Source of the DNA: an uncultured Campylobacterales bacterium
GTDB taxonomy: Bacteria > Campylobacterota > Campylobacteria > Campylobacterales > Sulfurovaceae
Direction of reading: 5' to 3'
DNA length: 64,000 nt
Assembly (NCBI GenBank): GCA_964520575.1
Contig: CAZFNK010000008.1
Location: forward strand, 2,458 to 66,457
A program made the position numbers and the translations under genes. The notes under the pieces were generated by a model that saw only the letters and a program-made list of their open reading frames with translations, searched no databases and was not told the origin of the DNA. This document shows positions 20,343-29,223 of this stretch, one piece after another. The number at the start of each line of letters is the position of its first letter. Position 1 is the stretch's first letter.

Positions 20343-21077
20343 TTAGTGAGCACTCACTGCTTTGAGCGGATCTGGATGTCTGTTTTTCTTTTTTGCACTA
20401 CTTGATGTTTTACTTTTAGCCAATTTAGCAGTCTGAAGATGATCTTTGGGATTTGTGCTGATTGCTTTTAGTGGATTTAGGTGCCTTGGCTTATGCTCAG
20501 GGGGTGTCTGGGCAGCACCAGTGGGCTTCTGATGCATCTTTGGGTTGGTGTTGATTATTCTCGAGGCATGCATCATTCCTGCACCTATTGATCGGCGCAG
20601 AATTTCAGGACTTGTTGCAAAAGCAGGTAGAGTTACCGGCGGTGAGTGATCAGGAGGAGTACCGACTATATCGACTCGCGTCCACTTCTGCGCCCAGGCG
20701 AACATCTTCTGAGCAAAACCGTCCTTCATCCGTATGCAGCCGTGCGAAGCAGGATAATCAGGAGTGGGACCCAGGTGCATAGCTATGCCGTCACGGGTGA
20801 TACGAAGCATATAGTGCATCTTGGCGCCGCCATTTGGCTGCGGCCATAGATTTGACACATGGTCTATATCTTTTTCTCTGACATAAAATGATCCCGTAGG
20901 TGTACGGCGTCCAGGTTTGCCTGTAGAGACTCTGCCGTAGAATTTGACCTTGCCGTCCTGATAGGCTATAGCGACCTGATGGGTTAGATCTACAAGAATA
21001 TATTTGGAAGCAAACAGATAAGACATGCTCCCAAACAGAAACAGAAAAATAAAAACAAATCCTGGTTTTTTGATCAT
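20343..21077 (-). CDS. L,D-transpeptidase (YkuD domain) with basic C-terminal tail
   Basis: HYMLRITRDGIAMHLGPTPDYPASHGCIRM catalytic motif and an N-terminal TM/signal segment. ATG 21077 avoids overlap with the upstream paralogue; the track start is 21101. Confidence 0.85.
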   Translation of the reverse strand: MIKKPGFVFIFLFLFGSMSYLFASKYILVDLTHQVAIAYQDGKVKFYGRVSTGKPGRRTPTGSFYVREKDIDHVSNLWPQPNGGAKMHYMLRITRDGIAMHLGPTPDYPASHGCIRMKDGFAQKMFAWAQKWTRVDIVGTPPDHSPPVTLPAFATSPEILRRSIGAGMMHASRIINTNPKMHQKPTGAAQTPPEHKPRHLNPLKAISTNPKDHLQTAKLAKSKTSSSAKKKNRHPDPLKAVSAH

Positions 21078-21081
21078 AATG

Positions 21082-21783
21082 CTACCGCAATGCCACTTCA
21101 CTCATAGCTTTGAGAGGATCTCTGTGTCTAATGCGTCGAGAACGTTTGCGATGAGTGTTTCTTCTATGCACTTTTCTGCTGCTTCGTACTGTTCTGCTTC
21201 TTTTTGCCTTATTTCGGATGGAGCGGCGAGTGATAGAATGACCCATGAATTCAGCCAATATATCTGTAGCTGTCGCATTGTAAGTGCGGTGTGTACTCCT
21301 TCTGGATGCCCGTCTTGGGATACTCCTTGTAGCATACGTGGATTTATAAGAAGTTCTGTTGACGTAACTTGGAGGTGATCCCACTATGCTGACAGGAGTA
21401 CCTACACTTGCCCATCTGTACATGCGTTGCGCAAAACCGTTTTGGAGTCTGATACAGCCGTGAGAGGCCGGATAGCTGGGTACATACCCAAGATGCATGG
21501 CTATTCCGCTTGAAGTTAGGCGCAGCATATAGTGCATCTTGGCTCCGCCGTTGGGCTCCGGATACTTGCTTGAGACATGATCTATATCTTTCTCTAATAC
21601 CCTGAATCTTCCTGTTGGAGTACGGTGACCGGGCTTGCCTGTAGAGACATTGCCGCAAAATACAGCTCTGCCTCCCTCATATGCACAGGCTCTTTGTTTG
21701 GATAGATCGATCACCACTTTTTTGGCGGACATGGGCGTTGCAGCTAGGACTCCAAGCGCAAGCAAAGCAAATATTTTTTTCAT
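21082..21783 (-). CDS. L,D-transpeptidase (YkuD domain) with Arg/Ser-rich C-terminal tail
   Basis: Signal peptide MKKIFALLALGVLAATPMSA. HYMLRLTSSGIAMHLGYVPSYPASHGCIRL catalytic motif. Confidence 0.85.
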   Translation of the reverse strand: MKKIFALLALGVLAATPMSAKKVVIDLSKQRACAYEGGRAVFCGNVSTGKPGHRTPTGRFRVLEKDIDHVSSKYPEPNGGAKMHYMLRLTSSGIAMHLGYVPSYPASHGCIRLQNGFAQRMYRWASVGTPVSIVGSPPSYVNRTSYKSTYATRSIPRRASRRSTHRTYNATATDILAEFMGHSITRRSIRNKAKRSRTVRSSRKVHRRNTHRKRSRRIRHRDPLKAMSEVALR

Positions 21784-21918
21784 CTGACACCTTTAAATTT
21801 TTAAATGATCTTGGTTTGATTTACAGAAAATATGGGCAATTTTATCTTAACGAAGATTAAACAAAGGTAATGCTTTGGTAATGCTTTGGACTTGAGATGG
21901 AGTCACTTTAGAACAAGA

Positions 21919-24147
21919 TCATAGATCCTGCTCTATGACCTCTTTGAAACGATTGAAATATATATCCTTCAGTTTGGACATAGGCATACTAACATCATTG
22001 ATAGTGAAGTTCTCTCCACCGATACTGCCTATCTGTTCTATCTGCAGGCCAAGCTCAAGTGCTTTTCTTGCGACACTCTCAACGCTCTGGGGTCTGACCT
22101 CTACTATCGCTCTGCTTTGGGTCTCATCAAAGATCCACTTGGGATCACCAAGCTCTACATTTGCTTCTATCCCCATATCACCTACGGCTGCCATCTTGGC
22201 CAGAGCTATGGCTATACCTCCTACATTGACATCTTTGACAGCCTCAAGCAGCCCGTCTGCGTTTGCCTCTATCACAAACTGCCAAAGTCTTTGCTCCTGG
22301 GAGTATTCTATATCCTCAAGCGATCCGACAGTCTTGCCAAAGAGCTCTTTGATATACAGCGATCCTCCAAAGTTGCCTCTGGTTTCACCGATCAGCAGCA
22401 CCGCATCGCCTCTATTTTGAAACGCGCTTGGAAGCACCTTGGAGGCGTCATCATTGACGCCTACTGCGGCAATTGCAGGCGTAGGATACACGCTCTCCCC
22501 ATTTGTTTCGTTATAGAGCGAAACATTACCGCTAACTACCGGAGTCTCAAGCTCACGACAGGCGTCCTTGATACCTTCGCATGCCTTTGCAAATTGCCAC
22601 ATCACTTCAGGGTTTTCAGGGTTACCGAAGTTAAGACAGTCGGTAATAGCCAATGGCCTGGCCCCACTCATAGCTACATTTCGCCCAGCCTCTATCACCG
22701 CAAGAGCAGCTCCTTTTTCAGGGTCAATATAACAGTATCTTGGATTGCAGTCTGAGCTCATAGCAAGAGCCTTGCCTGTCTCTTTGATCCTGATCACACT
22801 TGCATCCAGAGAGCCCGGGTGCTTGGCTGTATTTGTCTGCACCATTGAGTCGTACTGGTTATATACCCAGGCTTTGTCAACTACCTCAAGGGATGATATA
22901 AGCCTCCCAAAAGCTGTTTGGTTGTCCACATCGGGAAAGTCATCTATAGTGATATCTTTGATCTTGTCAAGATATTCCGGTCTTTTGGTGGGGCGATTGA
23001 GTATGGGCGCTTCTTCGCTAACAGGCGCTATAGGCATATCTGCTACTTTTTCTCCATGCCAGTACAACTCCATTCTTCCGGTATCTGTCACTTCCCCTAT
23101 GGTGGCTACATCAAGATCCCATTTATTAAAGATATCGATTATTTTTTGTTCATGTCCCCTTTTGACGCATACAAGCATTCTCTCTTGAGATTCTGAGAGC
23201 ATAAAATCATACGGAGTCATCCCCTCCTCTCTGGCCGGTACCTTGTCCAGATGCATTACCATACCGGCCCCACTCTTGCCAGCCATCTCAAATGAAGAGC
23301 TTGTCAGTCCAGCCGCACCCATATCCTGGATACCGACTACGATATCTTTGTGTTTGTCAAACATCTCAAGACAAGCTTCAAGCAGAAGCTTCTCTGTAAA
23401 CGGGTCTCCCACCTGCACGGTAGGTCTGAGGGATTTTGATTCTTCGGTAAAGCTATCCGAACTCATTACCGCCCCGCCAAGTCCGTCACGACCGGTCTTG
23501 GAGCCTACATACATTACAGAATTACCCACACCTTCTGCGATACCCAGAAATATATCATCATGCCTGACCAGTCCCAGAGCAAAGGCGTTTACAAGTATGT
23601 TGCCGTTGTAGCTGCTATCAAAGCTCATCTCTCCACCGATAGTGGGTACGCCCATGCAGTTGCCGTAGCTGCCGATACCTTCTACCACACCGCGTACAAG
23701 ATGTCTTTGATATTTGTTAATATCACTATTGCCGTCAATATCTCCAAAACGCAAAGAGTTAAGATTGGCCACAGGTCTTGCACCCATGGTAAATACATCT
23801 CTGAGTATCCCCCCTACTCCTGTAGCAGCGCCCTGAAAAGGCTCTATATAGCTTGGATGATTGTGGCTCTCCATTTTAAATACTGCTGCCATCCCGCCGC
23901 CAATATCTATCACTCCCGCATTCTCGCCAGGTCCTTGTATCACCCATGGGGCTTCGGTAGGAAAGCCGCTTAAATATATTTTGGATGATTTGTATGAGCA
24001 GTGCTCTGACCACATGGCAGAAAAAACACCAAGTTCTACCATGGTAGGCTCTCTACCTAATATATCCTTGATATGTGCATAATCGAGTTTACTAAGTTTG
24101 TGAGCGGCAAGAGCTTCATCGATGTTATCGATATCGTTTTTGAGCAT
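21919..24147 (-). CDS. purL: phosphoribosylformylglycinamidine synthase subunit PurL
   Basis: 742 aa with duplicated AIR-synthase-like domains. N-terminal [10 protein letters not shown] motif. Confidence 0.96.
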   Translation of the reverse strand: MLKNDIDNIDEALAAHKLSKLDYAHIKDILGREPTMVELGVFSAMWSEHCSYKSSKIYLSGFPTEAPWVIQGPGENAGVIDIGGGMAAVFKMESHNHPSYIEPFQGAATGVGGILRDVFTMGARPVANLNSLRFGDIDGNSDINKYQRHLVRGVVEGIGSYGNCMGVPTIGGEMSFDSSYNGNILVNAFALGLVRHDDIFLGIAEGVGNSVMYVGSKTGRDGLGGAVMSSDSFTEESKSLRPTVQVGDPFTEKLLLEACLEMFDKHKDIVVGIQDMGAAGLTSSSFEMAGKSGAGMVMHLDKVPAREEGMTPYDFMLSESQERMLVCVKRGHEQKIIDIFNKWDLDVATIGEVTDTGRMELYWHGEKVADMPIAPVSEEAPILNRPTKRPEYLDKIKDITIDDFPDVDNQTAFGRLISSLEVVDKAWVYNQYDSMVQTNTAKHPGSLDASVIRIKETGKALAMSSDCNPRYCYIDPEKGAALAVIEAGRNVAMSGARPLAITDCLNFGNPENPEVMWQFAKACEGIKDACRELETPVVSGNVSLYNETNGESVYPTPAIAAVGVNDDASKVLPSAFQNRGDAVLLIGETRGNFGGSLYIKELFGKTVGSLEDIEYSQEQRLWQFVIEANADGLLEAVKDVNVGGIAIALAKMAAVGDMGIEANVELGDPKWIFDETQSRAIVEVRPQSVESVARKALELGLQIEQIGSIGGENFTINDVSMPMSKLKDIYFNRFKEVIEQDL

Positions 24148-24249
24148 CGGAGTTGTCCTTGAGGATTAGTTAGGGAATTTTACACAAAAGGGACTAAAAG
24201 GGCGATGATAGTATAATCGCGGCAATAAATTATCAAAACAGGCAAGACT

Positions 24250-26880
24250 ATGGGTGAAAATAGCAAAAAATCCTACGATCCGAAATCTATAGAAGATAGC
24301 TATTATCGCATCTGGGAAGAGCGAGGATACTTCGAGATAGACGGCAACAAAAGTATCCAGAAGGAGGGCAAAATATTTTCTATCTCCATGCCTCCGCCCA
24401 ATGTTACCGGCAGCCTTCATATAGGGCATGGGCTGACATTTACCATACAGGACATCATGATCAGATACAAACGTATGGATGGCTACAAGACCCTCTGGCA
24501 GCCCGGAACCGATCATGCGGGTATCGCTACCCAGAATGTAGTAGAGAAGCAGCTTCTGAGCGAAGGAACTACCAAAGAGGAGATCGGCAGAGAGGCTTTT
24601 TTGGAGCGCGCATGGGCACAAAAGGAGGCATCAGGAGGCACTATCACCTCTCAGTTGCGCAGGCTCGGCGTCTCTCCGGCATGGAGCAGAGAGCGCTTTA
24701 CGATGGATGAGGGTCTAGCCAACGCTGTCAAAAAAGCATTCAAACTGATGTACGACGAGGGTTTCATCGTGCAGGATAATTATATGATCAATTGGTGTAC
24801 GCATGACGGAGCACTCAGCGATATAGAGGTAGAGTACGAAGAGCATCAAGGCAAGCTATACCATATCAGATACCCCCTCAGTGACGGTAGCGGATCGGTA
24901 GTGGTGGCCACTACCCGTCCGGAGACCTATTTTGGCGATACAGCCGTGATGGTACATCCTGATGATGTACGCCACAAACATCTAATCGGCAAAAAAGTTG
25001 CTCTGCCTTTAATTGGAAGAGAGATAGAGATCATCGCCGATGAACATGTCGATATGGAGTTTGGTACCGGATTTGTCAAGGTGACCCCCGCACATGACCC
25101 AAATGACTATGAGGTGGGTAAGCGACATGATCTGGAATTTATCACTATTTTTGACGAAAACGGCATCCTCAACGAACACTGCGGTGAGTTTGCCGGCATG
25201 GAAAGACTCGAAGCCAGAGTCCCGATCGTTGATAGGCTGGAAAAGGAAGGGTTCATCGTGAAGATCGAGGAGCACATTCATCAGGTAGGGCACTGCTACA
25301 GATGCAAAAACATAGTAGAGCCCTATATATCCAAACAATGGTTTGTCAAAAAAGAGTTTGCCGCCGGAGCCATCGAGAGGGTCAACGCAGGCGAGGCCAA
25401 ATTCTTCCCTTCCCACTGGATCAACAGCTACAACGCATGGATGAATGATCTGCGAGACTGGTGCATCAGTCGTCAGCTGTGGTGGGGGCACCAGATACCT
25501 GTGATGCATTGCCGAAGTTGCGGAAAACATTTTGCTTTTGAGGGAGATACGCCTACAGCTTGTGAACACTGCGGCAGCGAAGATATATACCAAGATCCTG
25601 ATGTGCTTGATACATGGTTTAGCTCAGGACTATGGCCGTTTTCTACCCTTGGGTGGGGTAACGGTGAAGCTTTGCGGGGCGAAAAGTGGCAGGAGAGCGA
25701 TATGGAGGAGTTTTATCCAAACTCCCTGATGATCACCGGATTTGATATTCTGTTCTTCTGGGTAGCCAGGATGCTAATGATGGGTGAAAGGCTTACGGGC
25801 AAACTCCCCTTTCCGCATATCTACCTGCATGCTCTTGTCAAGGACGAAAAGGGCGAGAAGATGTCCAAGTCCAAAGGAAACGTTATCGATCCTCTTGTGA
25901 TGATAGATCGCTATTCTGCCGACGCGCTTCGCTTTACACTTGCCGTGCTGGCGGTACAGGGGCGCGATATAAAACTGAGTGAGGAGAAGCTGGAGCAGTC
26001 CCGCAACTTCACAAACAAACTGTTCAATGCCGCCAAATATCTCCAGCTCAACCATGATACGTTCGATGATCTAAAACCTGAGGATATTACTACGCCGCTT
26101 GGCAGATATATGCTCTCAAGATTTTACCTTGCTGTCAAGGAAACAAGAGATTATCTCGATCAGTATCGCTTCAATGACGCTGCGACCACACTCTATAGAT
26201 TTTTGTGGGGTGAATTTTGCGACTGGGGGATAGAGCTGAGCAAGGCAAGCAAAGAGAGTATAGTCGAACTTGGCAGCATTTTTAAAGAATCAATGAAGTT
26301 GCTTCATCCGTTCATGCCTTTTATTACCGAATACCTCTATCAGACTCTCAGCGGCACCAGGCTGGATGACTCAGAATCGATAATGATCAAACCCTATCCT
26401 GCAGAAGGCAGTATAGATGAGCAGATCACGCGAGAATTTGCGCTGGCTATCGAGGCTATTGTCTCTGTGCGTCGTTGCAAAACACTTGTGGACAAAGCTA
26501 ACCAGAGGATCGAAAAAGCATTTGTTAAAATAGGCTATAATATCGACAGAGAACTATTGAGGGCATTTATCGAAAAACTTGCCAAAGTAGAGAGGATCGA
26601 GTTTGTCGATGCCAAGCCTCAAAACGCGGTAACTGATGTGAGCGATCATCTCGAGAGCTATATCTCGACTGATGATATAGATATAAGCGGTATCATCGCC
26701 AAATATGAAAAGCAAAAAGACAAACTCGAAAAAGAGATCACCAAGCTCTCAAATATGCTTGCCAATGAAAAGTTTGTCTCCAATGCGCCAGAAAATGTCA
26801 TTGCCCAAAACCGCGCGGCCTTGAATGAAGCACAGGACAAATTCGCCAAAGTCAACAAGGAGTTGAGTGCGCTGGTATGA
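24250..26880 (+). CDS. valS: valyl-tRNA synthetase
   Basis: Class I HIGH (SLHIGHG) and KMSKS motifs, a C-terminal coiled coil, 876 aa. Confidence 0.97.
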   Translation: MGENSKKSYDPKSIEDSYYRIWEERGYFEIDGNKSIQKEGKIFSISMPPPNVTGSLHIGHGLTFTIQDIMIRYKRMDGYKTLWQPGTDHAGIATQNVVEKQLLSEGTTKEEIGREAFLERAWAQKEASGGTITSQLRRLGVSPAWSRERFTMDEGLANAVKKAFKLMYDEGFIVQDNYMINWCTHDGALSDIEVEYEEHQGKLYHIRYPLSDGSGSVVVATTRPETYFGDTAVMVHPDDVRHKHLIGKKVALPLIGREIEIIADEHVDMEFGTGFVKVTPAHDPNDYEVGKRHDLEFITIFDENGILNEHCGEFAGMERLEARVPIVDRLEKEGFIVKIEEHIHQVGHCYRCKNIVEPYISKQWFVKKEFAAGAIERVNAGEAKFFPSHWINSYNAWMNDLRDWCISRQLWWGHQIPVMHCRSCGKHFAFEGDTPTACEHCGSEDIYQDPDVLDTWFSSGLWPFSTLGWGNGEALRGEKWQESDMEEFYPNSLMITGFDILFFWVARMLMMGERLTGKLPFPHIYLHALVKDEKGEKMSKSKGNVIDPLVMIDRYSADALRFTLAVLAVQGRDIKLSEEKLEQSRNFTNKLFNAAKYLQLNHDTFDDLKPEDITTPLGRYMLSRFYLAVKETRDYLDQYRFNDAATTLYRFLWGEFCDWGIELSKASKESIVELGSIFKESMKLLHPFMPFITEYLYQTLSGTRLDDSESIMIKPYPAEGSIDEQITREFALAIEAIVSVRRCKTLVDKANQRIEKAFVKIGYNIDRELLRAFIEKLAKVERIEFVDAKPQNAVTDVSDHLESYISTDDIDISGIIAKYEKQKDKLEKEITKLSNMLANEKFVSNAPENVIAQNRAALNEAQDKFAKVNKELSALV

Positions 26881-26900
26881 TGTTTATCTGCTGCAAGTCG

Positions 26901-27377
26901 TCAGCAATCATTATAGGGGTGCTGTTTTGCTAACGTCTTGCTTTTCCACATAGTACGTAAGAAACCGTCGATTGGACTGTCTTCTTCTTCTGGATTGCAG
27001 TCAATAGTGATACTGTCTGGGTTACTTTGATGGTTTTCAATGTCATCAAATATATTGCATATAAGCTTACCTTCTTTCCCACCCTCTTTCCATATCATAT
27101 CTATTCCTGCATCCGTCAAGGCGGTGATGGTTGCCTTTATACCATCTGACCGTATAGAAAAATCCTCATCCTCGTATAGGATCTGAGTATAATTGTTGTC
27201 AGAAAATTCGATTGATACATAAGAAGGGTTTTGGCAGGTATCTTTTTGATACCAGACATGCTTAGTCGCTACAGCCTTGGGATCAAACGCTTCTTCGGCA
27301 GTCGTACTGTTGCAGCCGATGATAGATACCATCATCGCTATCCCGCCCAATAATACAGCTTGTGTTTTCATTTTCAT
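26901..27377 (-). CDS. hypothetical lipoprotein
   Basis: Signal peptide with lipobox (MVSIIGC). An acidic, Cys-containing 158-aa protein with no family recognised. It is the last gene downstream of the toxin-cassette array on the same strand. Confidence 0.6.
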   Translation of the reverse strand: MKMKTQAVLLGGIAMMVSIIGCNSTTAEEAFDPKAVATKHVWYQKDTCQNPSYVSIEFSDNNYTQILYEDEDFSIRSDGIKATITALTDAGIDMIWKEGGKEGKLICNIFDDIENHQSNPDSITIDCNPEEEDSPIDGFLRTMWKSKTLAKQHPYNDC

Positions 27378-27488
27378 CCTTTTTTTTGTGATAATTATAA
27401 TTTACAGACTTCTGATATTTTGCTGGAAACGTATGAAATGTGCACTAATTATGTCTTTTTGTAAAACCGCTTAAAGCCTGATAATAGA

Positions 27489-27553
27489 GTGGTCGCCTCC
27501 CCTATAGGATTGGCTCCTTCCATCCCCATCTCGGCGATCATCGCTCCGATTGG
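27489..27553 (-). repeat. pre-toxin module remnant R6 (5' third only, AEMGMEG variant)
   Basis: Encodes GAMIAEMGMEGANPIGEAT, then diverges and stops at 27449-27451. DNA is near-identical to 28860-28912. Confidence 0.8.
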
Positions 27554-27571
27554 ATTTTGTTCACATTTATA

Positions 27572-27580
27572 TGCTATAAT
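27572..27580 (+). promoter_or_regulatory. extended -10 element (TGcTATAAT) 6 nt before an ATG (possible leaderless mRNA)
   Basis: TGCTATAAT at 27572-27580 and ATG at 27587. There is no SD in between. Confidence 0.4.
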
Positions 27581-27586
27581 GAGCAC

Positions 27587-27814
27587 ATGGGTAGGATAGA
27601 TAAGGAAAAAGAAGAGATCGGCTGGATGAAGTTTTGGATTGGGGTGAGCGTTGCCTCAATCATGGGTCTGATCAGCTGGTTTGTCAATCATTACGCAGAT
27701 GCAAACAATGTCATTTTGATTATGGATTTGCTGGCGATTGTTGTTTTGGCAGTTTTTATCGTCATGCTCAATCGCACTGCATTACGCAAAATAAAAGAAT
27801 TGGAGAACTTATGA
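27587..27814 (+). CDS. small two-TM membrane protein (opposite strand to toxin array)
   Basis: 75 aa from the ATG (the track gives a TTG start at 27557). TMs WMKFWIGVSVASIMGLISWFV and VILIMDLLAIVVLAVFIVML, then an amphipathic C-terminus. Confidence 0.5.
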   Translation: MGRIDKEKEEIGWMKFWIGVSVASIMGLISWFVNHYADANNVILIMDLLAIVVLAVFIVMLNRTALRKIKELENL

Positions 27815-27903
27815 TTACTGCCATGTATGTTGTGATTTTGGTCGCATTTGTTGGAGCTTTGAGCTACAGCATGATGATGACACTTCGAAGCTTTGATCAG
27901 TAA
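27811..27903 (+). CDS. 30-aa hydrophobic peptide, translationally coupled (ATGA) to the preceding ORF
   Basis: MITAMYVVILVAFVGALSYSMMMTLRSFDQ. Its ATG overlaps the TGA of the upstream ORF at 27811-27814. Confidence 0.3.
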   Translation: MITAMYVVILVAFVGALSYSMMMTLRSFDQ

Positions 27904-27911
27904 TCTCTTTA

Positions 27912-28016
27912 GCCCGAGGCCAGCCCGCCAAAGAGCGCGGCGATGGTGGCCTCTCCTATAGGATTGGCTCCCTGGAGCCCCATCCCGGCGATCATGGCTC
28001 CGCTGAGTTTGGAAGC
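27912..28016 (-). repeat. pre-toxin module remnant R5 (5' two-thirds, AGMGLQG variant, premature stop)
   Basis: Encodes ASKLSGAMIAGMGLQGANPIGEATIAALFGGLASG then TAA. It begins 6 nt after the stop of the preceding immunity gene, as at cassette 3. Confidence 0.85.
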
Positions 28017-28022
28017 TGTTTA

Positions 28023-28343
28023 TTAGCTCTTGAACCATTCAGTGCAGCAGAGCAACCAATAAAAAAAAGCAGGTGCAGCAATTGTGATAATTCGTATAGC
28101 TTTTTTGTTTTTTTCATTAGCAACAATGTCAAAGTTTGGCAAGTCATATACCCACTCAAAACCCCCCTCAACAATTGCAGCAAAAACAACGACGCGCACA
28201 AGAATGTTTTGTGAAAAAAAGACATCGTAATAAAACAATAAATGGGCAAATGCGCTTAAAAATATTGATGCAAGTATGTATTTAATGTTTTGCCCTGCAA
28301 TACGATTCTTTTGCCTCCAGTATTTTATGTGAAATCCACTCAT
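28023..28343 (-). CDS. putative immunity protein of cassette 4 (polytopic membrane protein)
   Basis: 106 aa with about 3 TM segments. ATGA overlap with the cassette-4 toxin stop (28340-28343). AT-rich, no family recognised. Confidence 0.6.
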   Translation of the reverse strand: MSGFHIKYWRQKNRIAGQNIKYILASIFLSAFAHLLFYYDVFFSQNILVRVVVFAAIVEGGFEWVYDLPNFDIVANEKNKKAIRIITIAAPAFFYWLLCCTEWFKS

Positions 28344-28948
28344 TTGATTACCTGATACACACCATATGCCAAATCTAACGTAGTGGGTAGCCAGTGGTAT
28401 TTTGACAACGACATTGCACCTACGCCGAGGGCTAATCCAGTCCTATCATTTTGAAGTGCATCCACACCAATTGCGGCAATACCGAATCTTACCGCCATAC
28501 CTGGAGGAGAAACTGTAGATGCGACCGATAACCCCAACCCAACAACATCACCGCTTTTTTCATTCATCCTTTCTAAGTCCAACACCCTCTCATATGCTTT
28601 TTCATAAGAGATTTTATGTTGCGATCTTCGTCTCATACTTGCTGCAACGATTTTCTGCGTTCGCAACTCTCTTGCTCTTTGTTGCGTGAGTCGATAATAT
28701 TTGTGACCGTTCTTGTATGTGACGGTACTATTTCTCTGTTGATAATCTGCCATTGCATCATTATACAAATAAACCACCATCGCCGTCAAGGCACCCTCGG
28801 CGAAATCCCCGCCCGAGGCCGTCGAGGCCATCCCGCCAAAGAGCGCGGCGATGGTGGCCTCTCCTATAGGATTGACTCCTTCCATCCCCATCTCGGCGAT
28901 CATGGCTCCGGAGAGCTTTTCATTTCCTGCAATCTTTTCTCCCAACAA
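28340..28948 (-). CDS. polymorphic-toxin cassette 4: pre-toxin module + Gly-zipper-rich C-terminal domain
   Basis: KLSGAMIAEMGMEGVNPIGEATIAALFGGMASTASGGDFAEGALTAMVVYLYND followed by a unique 130 aa. The track start is TTG; the first in-frame ATG (28903) lies inside the module. Confidence 0.65.
   Translation of the reverse strand: MLGEKIAGNEKLSGAMIAEMGMEGVNPIGEATIAALFGGMASTASGGDFAEGALTAMVVYLYNDAMADYQQRNSTVTYKNGHKYYRLTQQRARELRTQKIVAASMRRRSQHKISYEKAYERVLDLERMNEKSGDVVGLGLSVASTVSPPGMAVRFGIAAIGVDALQNDRTGLALGVGAMSLSKYHWLPTTLDLAYGVYQVIK
28757..28917 (-). repeat. pre-toxin module copy, cassette 4
   Basis: DNA near-identical to 29677-29845 and 31871-32037 in its 3' part. The 5' part is the AEMGMEG variant. 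Confidence 0.9.
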
Positions 28949-29214
28949 GGTACCTCTTCCACTCTCAAAATAAGAGCAATAAATAATTCAAACAAGATCC
29001 ACAAAATAATTGCAATAATCAGTGCTACCAATAAACTACCAAAAAAGTTTGGAACAATAAAAAATAAAAGCAAAATTATTGAAATCTCCAAACCAGAAAT
29101 TATCGAAAAAAGAAAACGAAAAATTTTTTTTGGACGATAACATTTTTTACTGACAGGATCACGGAATATTTTCCTTCTTCTCAAAAGAATGTACCCATTA
29201 ATACCATACATCAT
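28900..29214 (-). CDS. putative immunity protein of cassette 3 (small membrane protein)
   Basis: 104 aa with 2-3 TM segments. It starts 9 nt after the cassette-3 toxin stop, with AAAGAG upstream. Its last codons run into the next module out of frame. Confidence 0.55.
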   Translation of the reverse strand: MMYGINGYILLRRRKIFRDPVSKKCYRPKKIFRFLFSIISGLEISIILLLFFIVPNFFGSLLVALIIAIILWILFELFIALILRVEEVPCWEKRLQEMKSSPEP

Positions 29215-29223
29215 GATTACTCT

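Noticed and set aside
21102-21658. Alternative-frame ORFs (21102-21335, 21344-21658, 21025-21378) within the transpeptidase genes
   Set aside because: They overlap the YkuD-motif-bearing frame. Their products are Arg/Ser-rich off-frame translations.
21866-21890. Direct repeat ggtaatgctttg x2 upstream of the L,D-transpeptidase operon
   Set aside because: It is only a 12-bp duplication in an intergenic region. It has no partner elsewhere in the window and no recognisable binding-site consensus.
24166-24621. 151-aa minus-strand ORF across the purL-valS intergenic region
   Set aside because: Most of it is antisense to the valS 5' end. It has no RBS and is not protein-like.
25009-25593. 194-aa minus-strand ORF inside valS
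   Set aside because: It is antisense to valS. It is a shadow ORF.
27691-28038. 115-aa minus-strand ORF over remnant R5 and the small plus-strand genes
   Set aside because: It reads the module remnant out of frame (..SQSYRRGHHRRALWRAG..) and then runs antisense to the two-TM ORF. The in-frame module peptide stops at 27909-27911.
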